Positions 1-8,533 are shown, counted from the first letter of the stretch. The stretch is 20,000 nucleotides of DNA from an uncultured virus (IMG/VR IMGVR_UViG_3300025916_000011) (IMGVR_UViG_3300025916_000011); one strand, 5' to 3'. A program made the numbers and translations. Notes: generated by a model not told the origin, from the letters alone.

Positions 1-3000
1 CAAGCCTCCAAAGTCGCCATCGGTCTAATCAATACGGCTGTTGGGGAATACGAGAAGCAAGTTTCCGCTGCGGTGAAACCAGGAGAGGCGGGCGGAAAGG
101 GTGCGGCGGCGACACCTCCCACTGCCGCACCTAAGAAAACCAGTAGGGAGAAAGCCGCCGAACTCGCTCCGAAGTCTGGAAAGTACTCTACAAGTGACCT
201 TGCGGAGCCGGAAACGGCCCTTCCTGCGACTTCTACATCAGAGGGTAAGCCAGAAGCCACGGAAGTAGAGAAAACGGCTGTAACGGGAAAAGAAGAGGGT
301 GTACAATTCCACCATGAAACGGGCGGAGAAGGAACTAGCGGAGTTGCTAATGCCCCTGAGCGCGAAAATGTCCCTGCGGCAGGAAGCGGAAGCGCAGTTG
401 AATCTCGAACTGCTCATGGTCAGGGAAACGGTAAAGTTGCTCCGCAGGTCGAAGTCCAAGGCGCTGAGGGAGCACGGTCAGATGTTGCTGGCGGCGGCGG
501 AACTTCTCCAGAGTCATTACCGCTCCGCAGGGGCGACAGGGCCGTCCTTACCCGCCCGACCGAAGGGGAAAACGGCAAGATCTACCCGAAAGGCACCGAA
601 GTAATCATCAAATGGCCGCACCCGAACGGATTAGTAGCGCGAGCGCTGGTCAATGATGGAAGCCCGGATTGGCAAAACAATGGCCCAAAAATCAGCAAGG
701 GAGTCTCGTCCTTCGCCCGAGCTACCACCGAAGATGGAACCAAGATCAGCAGAGGAACGTCAGCATTCACCCGAGCAACTGTACCTGTATCGGTGGGAGC
801 TGTACATGGGAATGCCGACGTGCGGGGGAAACAGGAAGGGGCACCTGTGCCGAGTACTGGCGCGGGGGAAGCGGAACAACGCACTGGTGGAGTTCCTGAG
901 CGACGGCCAGAGGTTTCTGGTGAGCCGGAACGCGCTGAAGAAAGCCCCGCCAAGTCTGAATGGCAAACTCTCTTCGACCAAGCCTCTAAAATCCAACCTG
1001 ACAAAGTAGACTCTCTCCGTAAGATGAGCGGAGAACAACTCCGTGAAATCGTCCGCGCATCCGGAAATGCTAATTCCGGACAGACCTCTATTTCCGGACA
1101 TGTCGAAAACGATCAAGCTTCTAATGAACGATCCCGAAAGGTCTCCGACTACATCGAGAAACTATTTGAGCGTCGCGCGCGCAGTGAAGCCGTCAAGAGC
1201 CGCATGGACGAACTCGAAGAGGATGAGCGCGATCCGCGAGCCATCATGCAGGAGTTTTGGGCTAAAACCTTCCCGGTTCTGGATGAGCGCGGCCGCAAGA
1301 CGTTCCTCGGCAATTTCAAAGCCCAGATCGGACTCGGACCGGGCGATACGATTTCGACCGGACCCAGCGGAAACATTGTCGCCAAATCCCACCAGCACAT
1401 TACGGACGAGTTTTTCAAGAATGCAAAGACGTTCGACGGGCTGGAGCAGAACGAGCAAGCCGTCGTTGCGCTGGCAGATATCGTCAACGAGATGCGGCGC
1501 AAGAATGAACCAGTAGAAGCTGCTGCCCCTGCCTTGAGCGCGCCACAAGGAAAATTAATTGAAGGTGAATCAGGAGCCTCCCCAGTAAGCAACAAAGAAC
1601 CGTGGGAGATGACTAGAGCGGAGTGGAAGCAGAGTAAAGGTCTGACATTCACTGGCGGGGTCCATCAAGCCTTTGTCGAGGAAGCACTCGCAGCAGGTAA
1701 ACAAGTTCCCCCCGAAGTCCTGAAAGACTATCCCGACCTGAAGAAAAATGAACCCAGTGTCTCCCCAGTAAGTAAGACAGAGACGAAATCTAAAGTTGAG
1801 AAATCTACCCCAGTAGTAGCAGAAGACACCGAACCAGCCAAAGAGGAACCGACAAAAGCAGAGAAGACATTCGCTGCCGACCTAAACAAAAAGGTTGATG
1901 GACTACGGAAGCAGATCAAGGAACTGGAAAAAGAAACTGCCGCACCTGCCGCGTACTTCCAAGATTCCGCGAAGAATGCCAGCGAGCGGCTGAAGCGCGC
2001 CGCTCGCAATCAAAAGTTGAGCGACCTGAAATCCGAACTCCGCGAGATAGAGCAGGCGCACAAGATTGACCTCGCTGAGAAAATTACGCCGGAAGAGAAG
2101 GTTCCCGAGGAAGGCAAGAATTTCGAGGGGCGCTACGTCCGTGCCTCACTCGAACCAGTAAAGGCCGCATGGTTGGAGAAGTACAAACCACGCGAAGGCG
2201 AGGACGTAGACGAGCACTGGAAATGGATGGTCAAGAATGCCAGCAACGCGGACAAGCCCGCCGACTTCGCCAAAGGGCATCTCTACATCAAAGTGCCGGA
2301 CGACGGTTCGTTCTACATCCCCAATAATCCCGCTGCCATCGACCACGCACTAAAAGCGGCAGGCAAATTCGCAGCGTCAAAAGTCGGAGAAGCGCTGCCG
2401 AAAGCTGGCCCTAAGCCTTTCCGGATGACTTCGCCCAAGGAATTCGACAATGAGAAGTACGTCGCCGGACTGAAAAAAGAAATCTCGGACCTAGAAAACG
2501 AACTCGATTCTGCGGGCGCATTGCAAAAACCCTACATCGAAGAACAGTTGAAAGCAGCCCGCGAGAACTTAGTAGAAGCCAAAAAGGAAGAACCAGAGTC
2601 TATTCTCGCTGGTGAACGTGGTGAAGTTGCTCCCGGTGGCCCTCTCTCCGCTGCTGCCGAAGCGGCTGGCGCAGTTGGCAATTACCTTCGCGAAGCCGCC
2701 CACTATACCAAGATTGCCCGCGACCTCCAGCGCAACCTGGAAACCCTCGACACCAAGAAGCAAGCGCTAATCCTGAGTGCAAAAAATACCTTCGAGAAAC
2801 TGAAAGCCGAAGGACTGACCAAAGAGGATGACGCGAAACTCTACCACTTCGTAGAGAACCCCGAAGGCGAATCCCTTGACCCGAAGCAGGAGAAATTCTT
2901 CGATCAGGCTGAACCTCTGCTGGATAAGAACTCGGAACTCTACACCGAACTGAGCCAGGGCGGAATCCCGATTGAGAATTACGTCCACCGTGTAGTGAAG

Positions 3001-5034
3001 GGGAAAGGCGGAGTACTCGACCGGATCGCGCAGGGCATCAAGGGAATCACCCAAAAGGCCACACTCTCTAAATCCGCGCCACAAACCAAGCACCGTACTT
3101 ACATGGTGTTGGAGAATCAAAAGGGAGAGCGGCAAGTAGTCTCGGTCAAGGGTGGGCAGGTTACTTCATGGAAGAACGGCTCCCCAGAAAATCTCGGCGG
3201 GATCTCTCACACCCAAGAGGGAACTGTCTTCGAAGACAAAGACGGAAACGTCTGGAATCTGAAGCAAGCCACGACCAAGGAAATCGAGCAGCACACGGAG
3301 ACGAAGTATTATCACTCGTTCTGGGCTTCGACTCTAGTCTCGAACGTTCAGTTGCAGGGCGCTGTGAATGCGATGCGATTCCTGAACGAGTTTAAGACCA
3401 GCCCGGAATTCCAAGAGACTGCCTTCGATCTTAAAAAAGGGAACGCACCGAAGGGCTGGAAGACCACCAACCTCCAGCAGTTCAATGGGTACGCTTTTGA
3501 ACCCAGAACCGCCGAAGTTCTCGACGCCTATTACGATCGGATGCGCCAAGGAAATCTGGGGGCGCTGGAGCAGGTCGGGAACTTCATGCGGATCGCGATG
3601 CTCCTGAATCCGCTCTACCATCCGGCAAACGTCGTCGCGTCGTGGGCGATGGAGCGCGGCGCAACAGGCTTCTTACTTCCGAGCGAATATAAGATCGCAT
3701 GGAAGACAGGGAACAAAGCCGTCAAAGCCGTCATCGGGAAGAATCAGGACTTCATCGACGCACTCGACGCTGGCGGAGCGCTCCAGTCTCACCGCGAGGC
3801 CATGAAAGACATCAATAAGCTGTTCTTCGACCAACTCTCAGAGGGACTCGGCAAGCAGGAACCGTGGGCCATGAAAGTCGCGAAGGCTCTCGGAATTGAA
3901 CACGGAAACCTTCTAAATATCCTGCACAAGTTCTCCTCGACCGTAGCCTGGGGAGCAAATGACATTCTGATGCTTCAGTCCGCGTATGCCTATCAGGAGA
4001 AAAATCCGGGCGTCTCGCTGGCCGATGCGTTCAAGGAAGTTGGGCGAATCATCCCTGAGTATCGCGTGCCGACGCGCATCGCAGACAGTCAATTGCTTTC
4101 GAAGTTGATGACAAACAAGTGGGTGACAATTTTTGGTTCCTATCACTACTCACTTTTGCGCTCATTTGGGGAAGTGGCGAAGTCAGCGATCGGCGCGCAG
4201 GAACCTCCGCCGGGAAGCTCGAAGGCGAAGGAAGTCGCGAAGGGTTGGGACCGCATTGCTTTACTCGCTCTCGTCAGTATGGCGCTATATCCGATTTTGG
4301 ATGAGATGGCGAAAAAGGCCACCGGCGACAAGCATGCGAGAGTGAAGCGATTCGGCCCATTCGGAATAATCGACGCCGCAGCCGCTACAGCCAAGCACGA
4401 GCAATCCGTGAGCCAGACCATGCAGCGCGTTGTCACCCCGGCGCCACAGAGCAAAGCAGCCGCAGAACTCCTGACGAACCATGAGTTCTACGCAGGTCAC
4501 AACATTTACGATCCGCATGCTTCGTTCAAAACCCAAGCCGAGCAGATTGGGCGTTACATCCTCGGGGAGACTGGGCAAATCGGCCAGTACGAAAAAGCGC
4601 AAACCACACAGCAGAAGAGGAACTTCGCACTAGGCCAGGTCGGAATCCAGATGCACAAAACGGCCGCCGAAAAAACCGCCTCCGACATCGCAATGTCGAA
4701 AGTCGGGACACAGGCAGAATCCCCAGAGGATCAGGAGAGTCGTGTCCTTCGCCGGGAAATTCTCGACCAACTGAGAGCAGGGAATAAGAAGCCATTGGTG
4801 GACGCCGAGCACGCGCACGACATCACGCCGAAACAAGCACGAACGCTCGAAGAGAGAGCCAGGCGGACCCCTCTCCAAGATACCGTCCACGGCTTCACCT
4901 ACTCAGAAGCACGGAGAGTCTACGAAGTAGCGAGTCCGGAAGAGAAAAAGGAACTCGACGCGACGATGCGCCAGAAACGTATGAATCTGCTGAAGGCCGG
5001 ACGTGGGCGAGAAATCACCACCGCAACTCCCTGA
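1..5034 (+). CDS. Giant phage virion/DNA-ejection (large polyvalent-type) protein, 5'-partial, >1677 aa
   Basis: Frame 1 is open from base 1 to TGA at 5032-5034. Low-complexity E/K/A/P/G-rich N-terminal part, a PWEMT...HQAFVEEALAAGKQVPPEVLKDYPDL module, and a helical C-terminal part with a hydrophobic stretch (IALLALVSMALYPIL). Lies upstream of terminase. Confidence 0.7.
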   Translation, partial: QASKVAIGLINTAVGEYEKQVSAAVKPGEAGGKGAAATPPTAAPKKTSREKAAELAPKSGKYSTSDLAEPETALPATSTSEGKPEATEVEKTAVTGKEEGVQFHHETGGEGTSGVANAPERENVPAAGSGSAVESRTAHGQGNGKVAPQVEVQGAEGARSDVAGGGGTSPESLPLRRGDRAVLTRPTEGENGKIYPKGTEVIIKWPHPNGLVARALVNDGSPDWQNNGPKISKGVSSFARATTEDGTKISRGTSAFTRATVPVSVGAVHGNADVRGKQEGAPVPSTGAGEAEQRTGGVPERRPEVSGEPERAEESPAKSEWQTLFDQASKIQPDKVDSLRKMSGEQLREIVRASGNANSGQTSISGHVENDQASNERSRKVSDYIEKLFERRARSEAVKSRMDELEEDERDPRAIMQEFWAKTFPVLDERGRKTFLGNFKAQIGLGPGDTISTGPSGNIVAKSHQHITDEFFKNAKTFDGLEQNEQAVVALADIVNEMRRKNEPVEAAAPALSAPQGKLIEGESGASPVSNKEPWEMTRAEWKQSKGLTFTGGVHQAFVEEALAAGKQVPPEVLKDYPDLKKNEPSVSPVSKTETKSKVEKSTPVVAEDTEPAKEEPTKAEKTFAADLNKKVDGLRKQIKELEKETAAPAAYFQDSAKNASERLKRAARNQKLSDLKSELREIEQAHKIDLAEKITPEEKVPEEGKNFEGRYVRASLEPVKAAWLEKYKPREGEDVDEHWKWMVKNASNADKPADFAKGHLYIKVPDDGSFYIPNNPAAIDHALKAAGKFAASKVGEALPKAGPKPFRMTSPKEFDNEKYVAGLKKEISDLENELDSAGALQKPYIEEQLKAARENLVEAKKEEPESILAGERGEVAPGGPLSAAAEAAGAVGNYLREAAHYTKIARDLQRNLETLDTKKQALILSAKNTFEKLKAEGLTKEDDAKLYHFVENPEGESLDPKQEKFFDQAEPLLDKNSELYTELSQGGIPIENYVHRVVKGKGGVLDRIAQGIKGITQKATLSKSAPQTKHRTYMVLENQKGERQVVSVKGGQVTSWKNGSPENLGGISHTQEGTVFEDKDGNVWNLKQATTKEIEQHTETKYYHSFWASTLVSNVQLQGAVNAMRFLNEFKTSPEFQETAFDLKKGNAPKGWKTTNLQQFNGYAFEPRTAEVLDAYYDRMRQGNLGALEQVGNFMRIAMLLNPLYHPANVVASWAMERGATGFLLPSEYKIAWKTGNKAVKAVIGKNQDFIDALDAGGALQSHREAMKDINKLFFDQLSEGLGKQEPWAMKVAKALGIEHGNLLNILHKFSSTVAWGANDILMLQSAYAYQEKNPGVSLADAFKEVGRIIPEYRVPTRIADSQLLSKLMTNKWVTIFGSYHYSLLRSFGEVAKSAIGAQEPPPGSSKAKEVAKGWDRIALLALVSMALYPILDEMAKKATGDKHARVKRFGPFGIIDAAAATAKHEQSVSQTMQRVVTPAPQSKAAAELLTNHEFYAGHNIYDPHASFKTQAEQIGRYILGETGQIGQYEKAQTTQQKRNFALGQVGIQMHKTAAEKTASDIAMSKVGTQAESPEDQESRVLRREILDQLRAGNKKPLVDAEHAHDITPKQARTLEERARRTPLQDTVHGFTYSEARRVYEVASPEEKKELDATMRQKRMNLLKAGRGREITTATP
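314..604 (+). CDS. Possible overprinted ORF (+1 frame) inside the giant gene, helical 96-aa protein
   Basis: ATG at 314 lies 6 nt after TACAAT (302-307). Product MKRAEKELAELLMPL... is amphipathic-helical where the main frame is low-complexity. Confidence 0.3.
   Translation: MKRAEKELAELLMPLSAKMSLRQEAEAQLNLELLMVRETVKLLRRSKSKALREHGQMLLAAAELLQSHYRSAGATGPSLPARPKGKTARSTRKAPK
653..1009 (+). CDS. Probable overprinted small SH3-like phage protein (+1 frame) inside the giant gene
   Basis: YLYRW...RKGHLCRVLARGKRNNALVEFLSDGQRFLVSRNALKK resembles a small stand-alone phage protein family I recall (RKGQxCRVLARGxMNSxLVEFxDGxxxVxSRNALRK). Start uncertain (653, 680 or 734). Confidence 0.5.
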   Translation: MMEARIGKTMAQKSARESRPSPELPPKMEPRSAEERQHSPEQLYLYRWELYMGMPTCGGNRKGHLCRVLARGKRNNALVEFLSDGQRFLVSRNALKKAPPSLNGKLSSTKPLKSNLTK

Positions 5035-5137
5035 TACCGAGCGGATCAATACCAATGTGGGATAGGAGCCAGTTCGCGGCAAAGGCCATAATCAAAGCCC
5101 CGGCCAGCCAGAGCGGAATCTTTATCGCGTCTTTCAT
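5015..5137 (-). CDS. 40-aa single-transmembrane peptide (not in ORF track)
   Basis: MKDAIKIPLWLAGALIMAFAANWLLSHIGIDPLGIRELRW*; fills the gap between the giant gene and terS and has its own promoter-like sequence. Confidence 0.55.
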   Translation of the reverse strand: MKDAIKIPLWLAGALIMAFAANWLLSHIGIDPLGIRELRW

Positions 5138-5143
5138 CCTGAA

Positions 5144-5174
5144 ATCATGGACTGGGAAAGACCGTAGCTGTCAA
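5144..5174 (-). promoter_or_regulatory. Sigma70-type promoter for the 40-aa peptide (leaderless)
   Basis: TTGACA (5174-5169), 19-nt spacer, CATGAT (5149-5144), then ATG 6 nt downstream with no SD. Confidence 0.45.
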
Positions 5175-5234
5175 TGGTAGTAGGGTAGAATCTCATTTCC
5201 CCTGAACTTATGGGGGAAAGAGGGGAGCAGTGCC

Positions 5235-5861
5235 ATGGGGGAACCTTCCCCAAAGAAAAGTAAGCCGTCCGCGAAGTCTCTTGCCAACCTGCGACCCAAC
5301 CCGCAGAGCCTAAAAAGAGGCGGGAAAAAACCGCAAGAATTCATTACCCAGCCCGAGCTCGACTTCTGCAATTACCTGCTCGACGGCGCCACTGGCAAGG
5401 ATGCCGTGATTTGGGCAGGATTTCCCACCAAAACTCCCTCCCAACTGGCTTATAACCTCCGCCATAAGCCTATCGTAGCTCGGACACTCGAAGAACTGCA
5501 GGAGCAGCGCAAGAAGGAGTCTATTGAGCGCACTTCCCAACTTCGCGAGGAGCGTCGCATCTTCGCCCACCACCACTCCCTCCACTTAGCCCGCAAGATG
5601 AAGACCCACAAGTATCGTGGGGATGCGGACATCGTAAAGCACGCCGAGAATCTCCTACGATCGGTAGGAGATATCCAGCCGAATACCGTCAGCGCCAAAG
5701 CTGGAGCCGTAGCTGGTGCGCTTGCGGCCGCGCCGACGGCCACCTCGATCCCGCACTTATTTGTCCCTGCTTGGAAAAAAGCCATGACGCAGGTCGTAGA
5801 AGGAGAACCCTCTGTCCCTCAATTGGGAAGCAGCGAGCCCGGCGCAGGACGCATTCCTTAA
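5235..5861 (+). CDS. terS: Terminase small subunit
   Basis: SLANL motif then Terminase_2-like HTH (ITQPELDFCNYLLDG...AGF...AYNLRHKPIVARTLEEL); SD GAGGGGAG at 5220-5227; directly upstream of terL. Confidence 0.8.
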   Translation: MGEPSPKKSKPSAKSLANLRPNPQSLKRGGKKPQEFITQPELDFCNYLLDGATGKDAVIWAGFPTKTPSQLAYNLRHKPIVARTLEELQEQRKKESIERTSQLREERRIFAHHHSLHLARKMKTHKYRGDADIVKHAENLLRSVGDIQPNTVSAKAGAVAGALAAAPTATSIPHLFVPAWKKAMTQVVEGEPSVPQLGSSEPGAGRIP

Positions 5862-7329
5862 TTCTCTCGCGCAGTTTACCTGTGGAGGAGGAGCGGCCGG
5901 GACGTACAAAACCGAATCCCTGCTCGTTGACGCCGTTCACGAGTACGAGAATCCCCGGTTGAACGCTGTCCTGTTCCGCACGACTTTCCCAGAGCTCCAA
6001 GGCAAGATCATCCCGCGCTCCTACGATCTCTACAGTCAAATGTCCGGGGTGTACCACGAGAGTGAGCACTACTGGGAATGGCCTTGGGGATCTCGCGTCA
6101 AGTTCGCCTACCTCGGCCGCGACAAGGACGTTTACGCGCATCAGGGAGCCGAATACTCATGGATCGGCTTCGACGAAGGTACTCACCGCAGCGAATTCCA
6201 GATTCGCTATCTCCTATCCCGCCTTCGGTCGACTGACGGGCAAATCTTCTGTCGTGCAAGGGATGCGACCAACCCAGGCGGACCAAGCCACGATCTACAC
6301 ATGCACGTCTTTCTGGGAGGAGTCTGCCCGCATTGCCAGCCCGCCGTGAGAAAGCCCGGAGTCCTCTACCGCGATGCCACATGGTTGAGCGACAAGAAAC
6401 CGCTCGAGATGACCACGGAATACATTTTCAGTCTGTGGGATCCAAACGGACTTCTGCCCGACTACGGTAAGCAGTTGAGAATGCAGTCTGGTGGAATTTC
6501 CAAGGCGCTTCTCGAGGGGTGCTGGAAATCATTCGAAGGTCAGTATTTTGACATTTGGGAGCCGAATCGGGCGGGTATGCCAATGGTGGTGCCGCGGCAG
6601 AGCATCGGAGACGATTACTACTGGGCGCACTGGATTGGCTGCGACTACGGTTTCTCTGGCTCGAGCGCAGTCGCGTACCTTTTTGCCGTCGGTCAGGATC
6701 AGAAGATTTATTGCCTCGATGAGTACGTCTCGGAGAAAACCGCCAACGGAAAATCTGAAGATGTGAAGCAGTTCACGCGCAGCGTCTTTGAGCGGTTCTG
6801 CACAAAGCGCGATTGGCAGGAACAGCCACGAAAGATTCAGGCGATGTATCTCTCGCCAGACTGCTGGGCCGATCGCGGGGACGCGCACACTCTAGCCTCG
6901 CAGATGAACGAAGTCCTGCGGCCGCACAACCTTCACTGGATACAGGCTCGCAACGACCGCGCCGGTGGAGCGATGCTGATGTATACCATGCTCCAGACCG
7001 GGCAGTTTGTGATTGCGGAAAACTGCAAAGTGCTCCAGCAGTCGATTGAATCACGGATTCACGACCCCGACGAACCAGAGAAAGTTCTGAAGGTAATCGG
7101 CAGCATGTTGGATGACGCCTTCGACGCCTGCAGGTATGGCATCTACTCCTACAAGCGTCCGACCGAGAAGCCCCTTGCGATGCGCATCCATGAGCAGGTG
7201 GAGCATCTTTGGAAGGTTGATCCTACCACAGCTATGTATAAGGCGAATCAGATCATGGAAGCAGAGCGAAAGAAAGACGCGCCGGAAGAGTACGGGGGAG
7301 CCGCAGCGCGCGCCAGATTCAGACGTTAA
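5812..7329 (+). CDS. terL: Terminase large subunit (505 aa, CTG start)
   Basis: Frame is open from 5800 and includes PAQDAFL and Walker A GGGAAGTYKT upstream of the track's TTG at 5959. Walker B WIGFDE, TNPGG coupling motif, RNase H-like IGCDYG and DDAFDACRY. SD AAGGAG 5800-5805 then CTG 5812. Confidence 0.93.
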   Translation: MSLNWEAASPAQDAFLNSLAQFTCGGGAAGTYKTESLLVDAVHEYENPRLNAVLFRTTFPELQGKIIPRSYDLYSQMSGVYHESEHYWEWPWGSRVKFAYLGRDKDVYAHQGAEYSWIGFDEGTHRSEFQIRYLLSRLRSTDGQIFCRARDATNPGGPSHDLHMHVFLGGVCPHCQPAVRKPGVLYRDATWLSDKKPLEMTTEYIFSLWDPNGLLPDYGKQLRMQSGGISKALLEGCWKSFEGQYFDIWEPNRAGMPMVVPRQSIGDDYYWAHWIGCDYGFSGSSAVAYLFAVGQDQKIYCLDEYVSEKTANGKSEDVKQFTRSVFERFCTKRDWQEQPRKIQAMYLSPDCWADRGDAHTLASQMNEVLRPHNLHWIQARNDRAGGAMLMYTMLQTGQFVIAENCKVLQQSIESRIHDPDEPEKVLKVIGSMLDDAFDACRYGIYSYKRPTEKPLAMRIHEQVEHLWKVDPTTAMYKANQIMEAERKKDAPEEYGGAAARARFRR

Positions 7330-7754
7330 CCCTTCTTCTTCCTTGGCTTCGGTGGATCATTGGCTGTGGGAGCCAACTGCATCGTCCAGTTCTCATCCCA
7401 CTGGACTAAACTCGTTCTGTTCTTCATCAGGATTTTCAAGTTCTGCCGATGCCGCTTGAACTGCCCCATCTCTGCCCCGCCAATCCGTAAGTCCTCCACT
7501 ACTTTGTCAATCGGGATTTTCACTCCAGGTCTGGCCTTCAGATAGGACTCAAGAGCGTTTGTCATTCGCATGCCCTTGTACTGTCCGGGGGTAACAGGGT
7601 CGATCTGAAGGGAGTGGTGCGAACTTCCGTTGGGGCGGAAATTCGCGAGTGCGGAATCTATGGTTTGCATCTGAGTGGCGAGTTTTCGCTTCGCCTCGAG
7701 TAACAGGGTCACGGCCTCAGACACCTCATCCGTCTGCGGAGTTTGGCTTGCCAT
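7326..7754 (-). CDS. Hypothetical protein, N-terminal coiled coil plus putative C-terminal winged-helix DNA-binding domain
   Basis: 142 aa; SD TAAGGA; heptad-like N-terminus (LLLEAKRKLATQMQTIDSAL) and YKGMRMTNALESYL...IDKVVEDLRIGG; stop overlaps terL stop (TTAA). Confidence 0.7.
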   Translation of the reverse strand: MASQTPQTDEVSEAVTLLLEAKRKLATQMQTIDSALANFRPNGSSHHSLQIDPVTPGQYKGMRMTNALESYLKARPGVKIPIDKVVEDLRIGGAEMGQFKRHRQNLKILMKNRTSLVQWDENWTMQLAPTANDPPKPRKKKG

Positions 7755-7776
7755 TTGTTTGTTTTCCTTACGAAAA

Positions 7777-7836
7777 TTTATAACACTGGGAGCCCCTAAG
7801 CCTCTAGAGTTTCATCGCTATTTTGTTCTGTGTCAA
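7777..7836 (-). promoter_or_regulatory. Candidate sigma70 promoters for the 7326-7754 gene
   Basis: TTGACA (7836-7831)-17 nt-GAAACT (7813-7808), and extended -10 TGtTATAAA (7785-7777). Confidence 0.4.
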
Positions 7837-8224
7837 GTGGAATCACGTTTTCTGCATGATTCCGTACTGGCATTTCGATAACTTTCGCTGCAGTCTCTCG
7901 GATTAGCGCAGGTCCGTGTGCAAGAATATTCACCAAGTCTAGGAAGACTTGGCCGGGCAAACACAGTTCCCACTTCATCGTCTTGGCGTTGAATTCAATC
8001 AAACCGCGACGTTCCATCTGTCGCAATACAGTTTTTTCCTGATCCGTACACTCGATCGGGCTGAGTGCAAATTTGAAAGCAAAATCATCTCTCTGACAGG
8101 CTACGAGCAGGGAGTACTCGGTAATGGATAGCGGACACGATCTGAGCGCCGCCATCGCGCTACTAGCTAACTGAGGCATCAGCAAAACCGACGCTACGGG
8201 GCGCCGGACGGACGAAGTGGACAC
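7796..8224 (-). CDS. Hypothetical protein, possible winged-helix
   Basis: 142 aa, GTG start with upstream GGAG; LRQMERRGLIEF...KWELCLPGQVFL resembles a wHTH recognition helix/wing. Confidence 0.55.
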   Translation of the reverse strand: MSTSSVRRPVASVLLMPQLASSAMAALRSCPLSITEYSLLVACQRDDFAFKFALSPIECTDQEKTVLRQMERRGLIEFNAKTMKWELCLPGQVFLDLVNILAHGPALIRETAAKVIEMPVRNHAENVIPLDTEQNSDETLEA

Positions 8225-8360
8225 CGGGGGTTACTCCATTTCTTTAAACAGGGTCAACTGTACGGCATCGCACAAAGCATGTCTCTAGCACTTCAGTGGT
8301 GAATAAGTAGGGCTTCATGGGTAAGGCGTTTGGCGAACAACCCTTTGTCCCTCTCGGTTG

Positions 8361-8533
8361 TGGGTCCAACGTCAGTCCAAAACACACGGTTTTTTCGTGC
8401 TTTTTCGTGATACTGGACCCGTTAAGTTGATTGATTCCATTGTGTTTCCGTTTGGCGTTCGCAGGTAGGTTACTTTCGTGGTAGCCCTGCTTGCGCTTTT
8501 ATTTGCAACAAACTTGTACCCAAGTCAGTCCAG
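8361..8533. other. Candidate attP site
   Basis: Directly 3' of integrase. Paired arm-like repeats GGGTCCAA/GTCAGTCCAA (8362-8380) and GTACCCAA/GTCAGTCCAG (8516-8533), inverted arm copy at 8413-8420, tandem TTTTTCGTG at 10-bp spacing (8391-8409), IHF-like TAAGTTGATTGATT, imperfect inverted repeat AGGTTAC-TTTCGTG-GTAGCCC with 7-bp spacer (8467-8487). Confidence 0.6.

Noticed and set aside
1043..1516. Third +1-frame ORF in the giant gene
   Set aside because: Ser/Arg-rich composition typical of off-frame reading, while the main frame there looks structured.
5153..5191. Fifth copy of the 48-bp element upstream of terS (GGGAAAGACC...TCAATG...GTAGAAT)
   Set aside because: Partial resemblance to copy A, but the spacing is about 8 nt shorter and CTCACCAA is absent; too weak to count.
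5771..5800. Programmed frameshift from terS into terL at GAAAAAAG
   Set aside because: The run is not in X XXY YYZ register in the terS frame, and stops at 5785 and 5797 block the terL frame after it.
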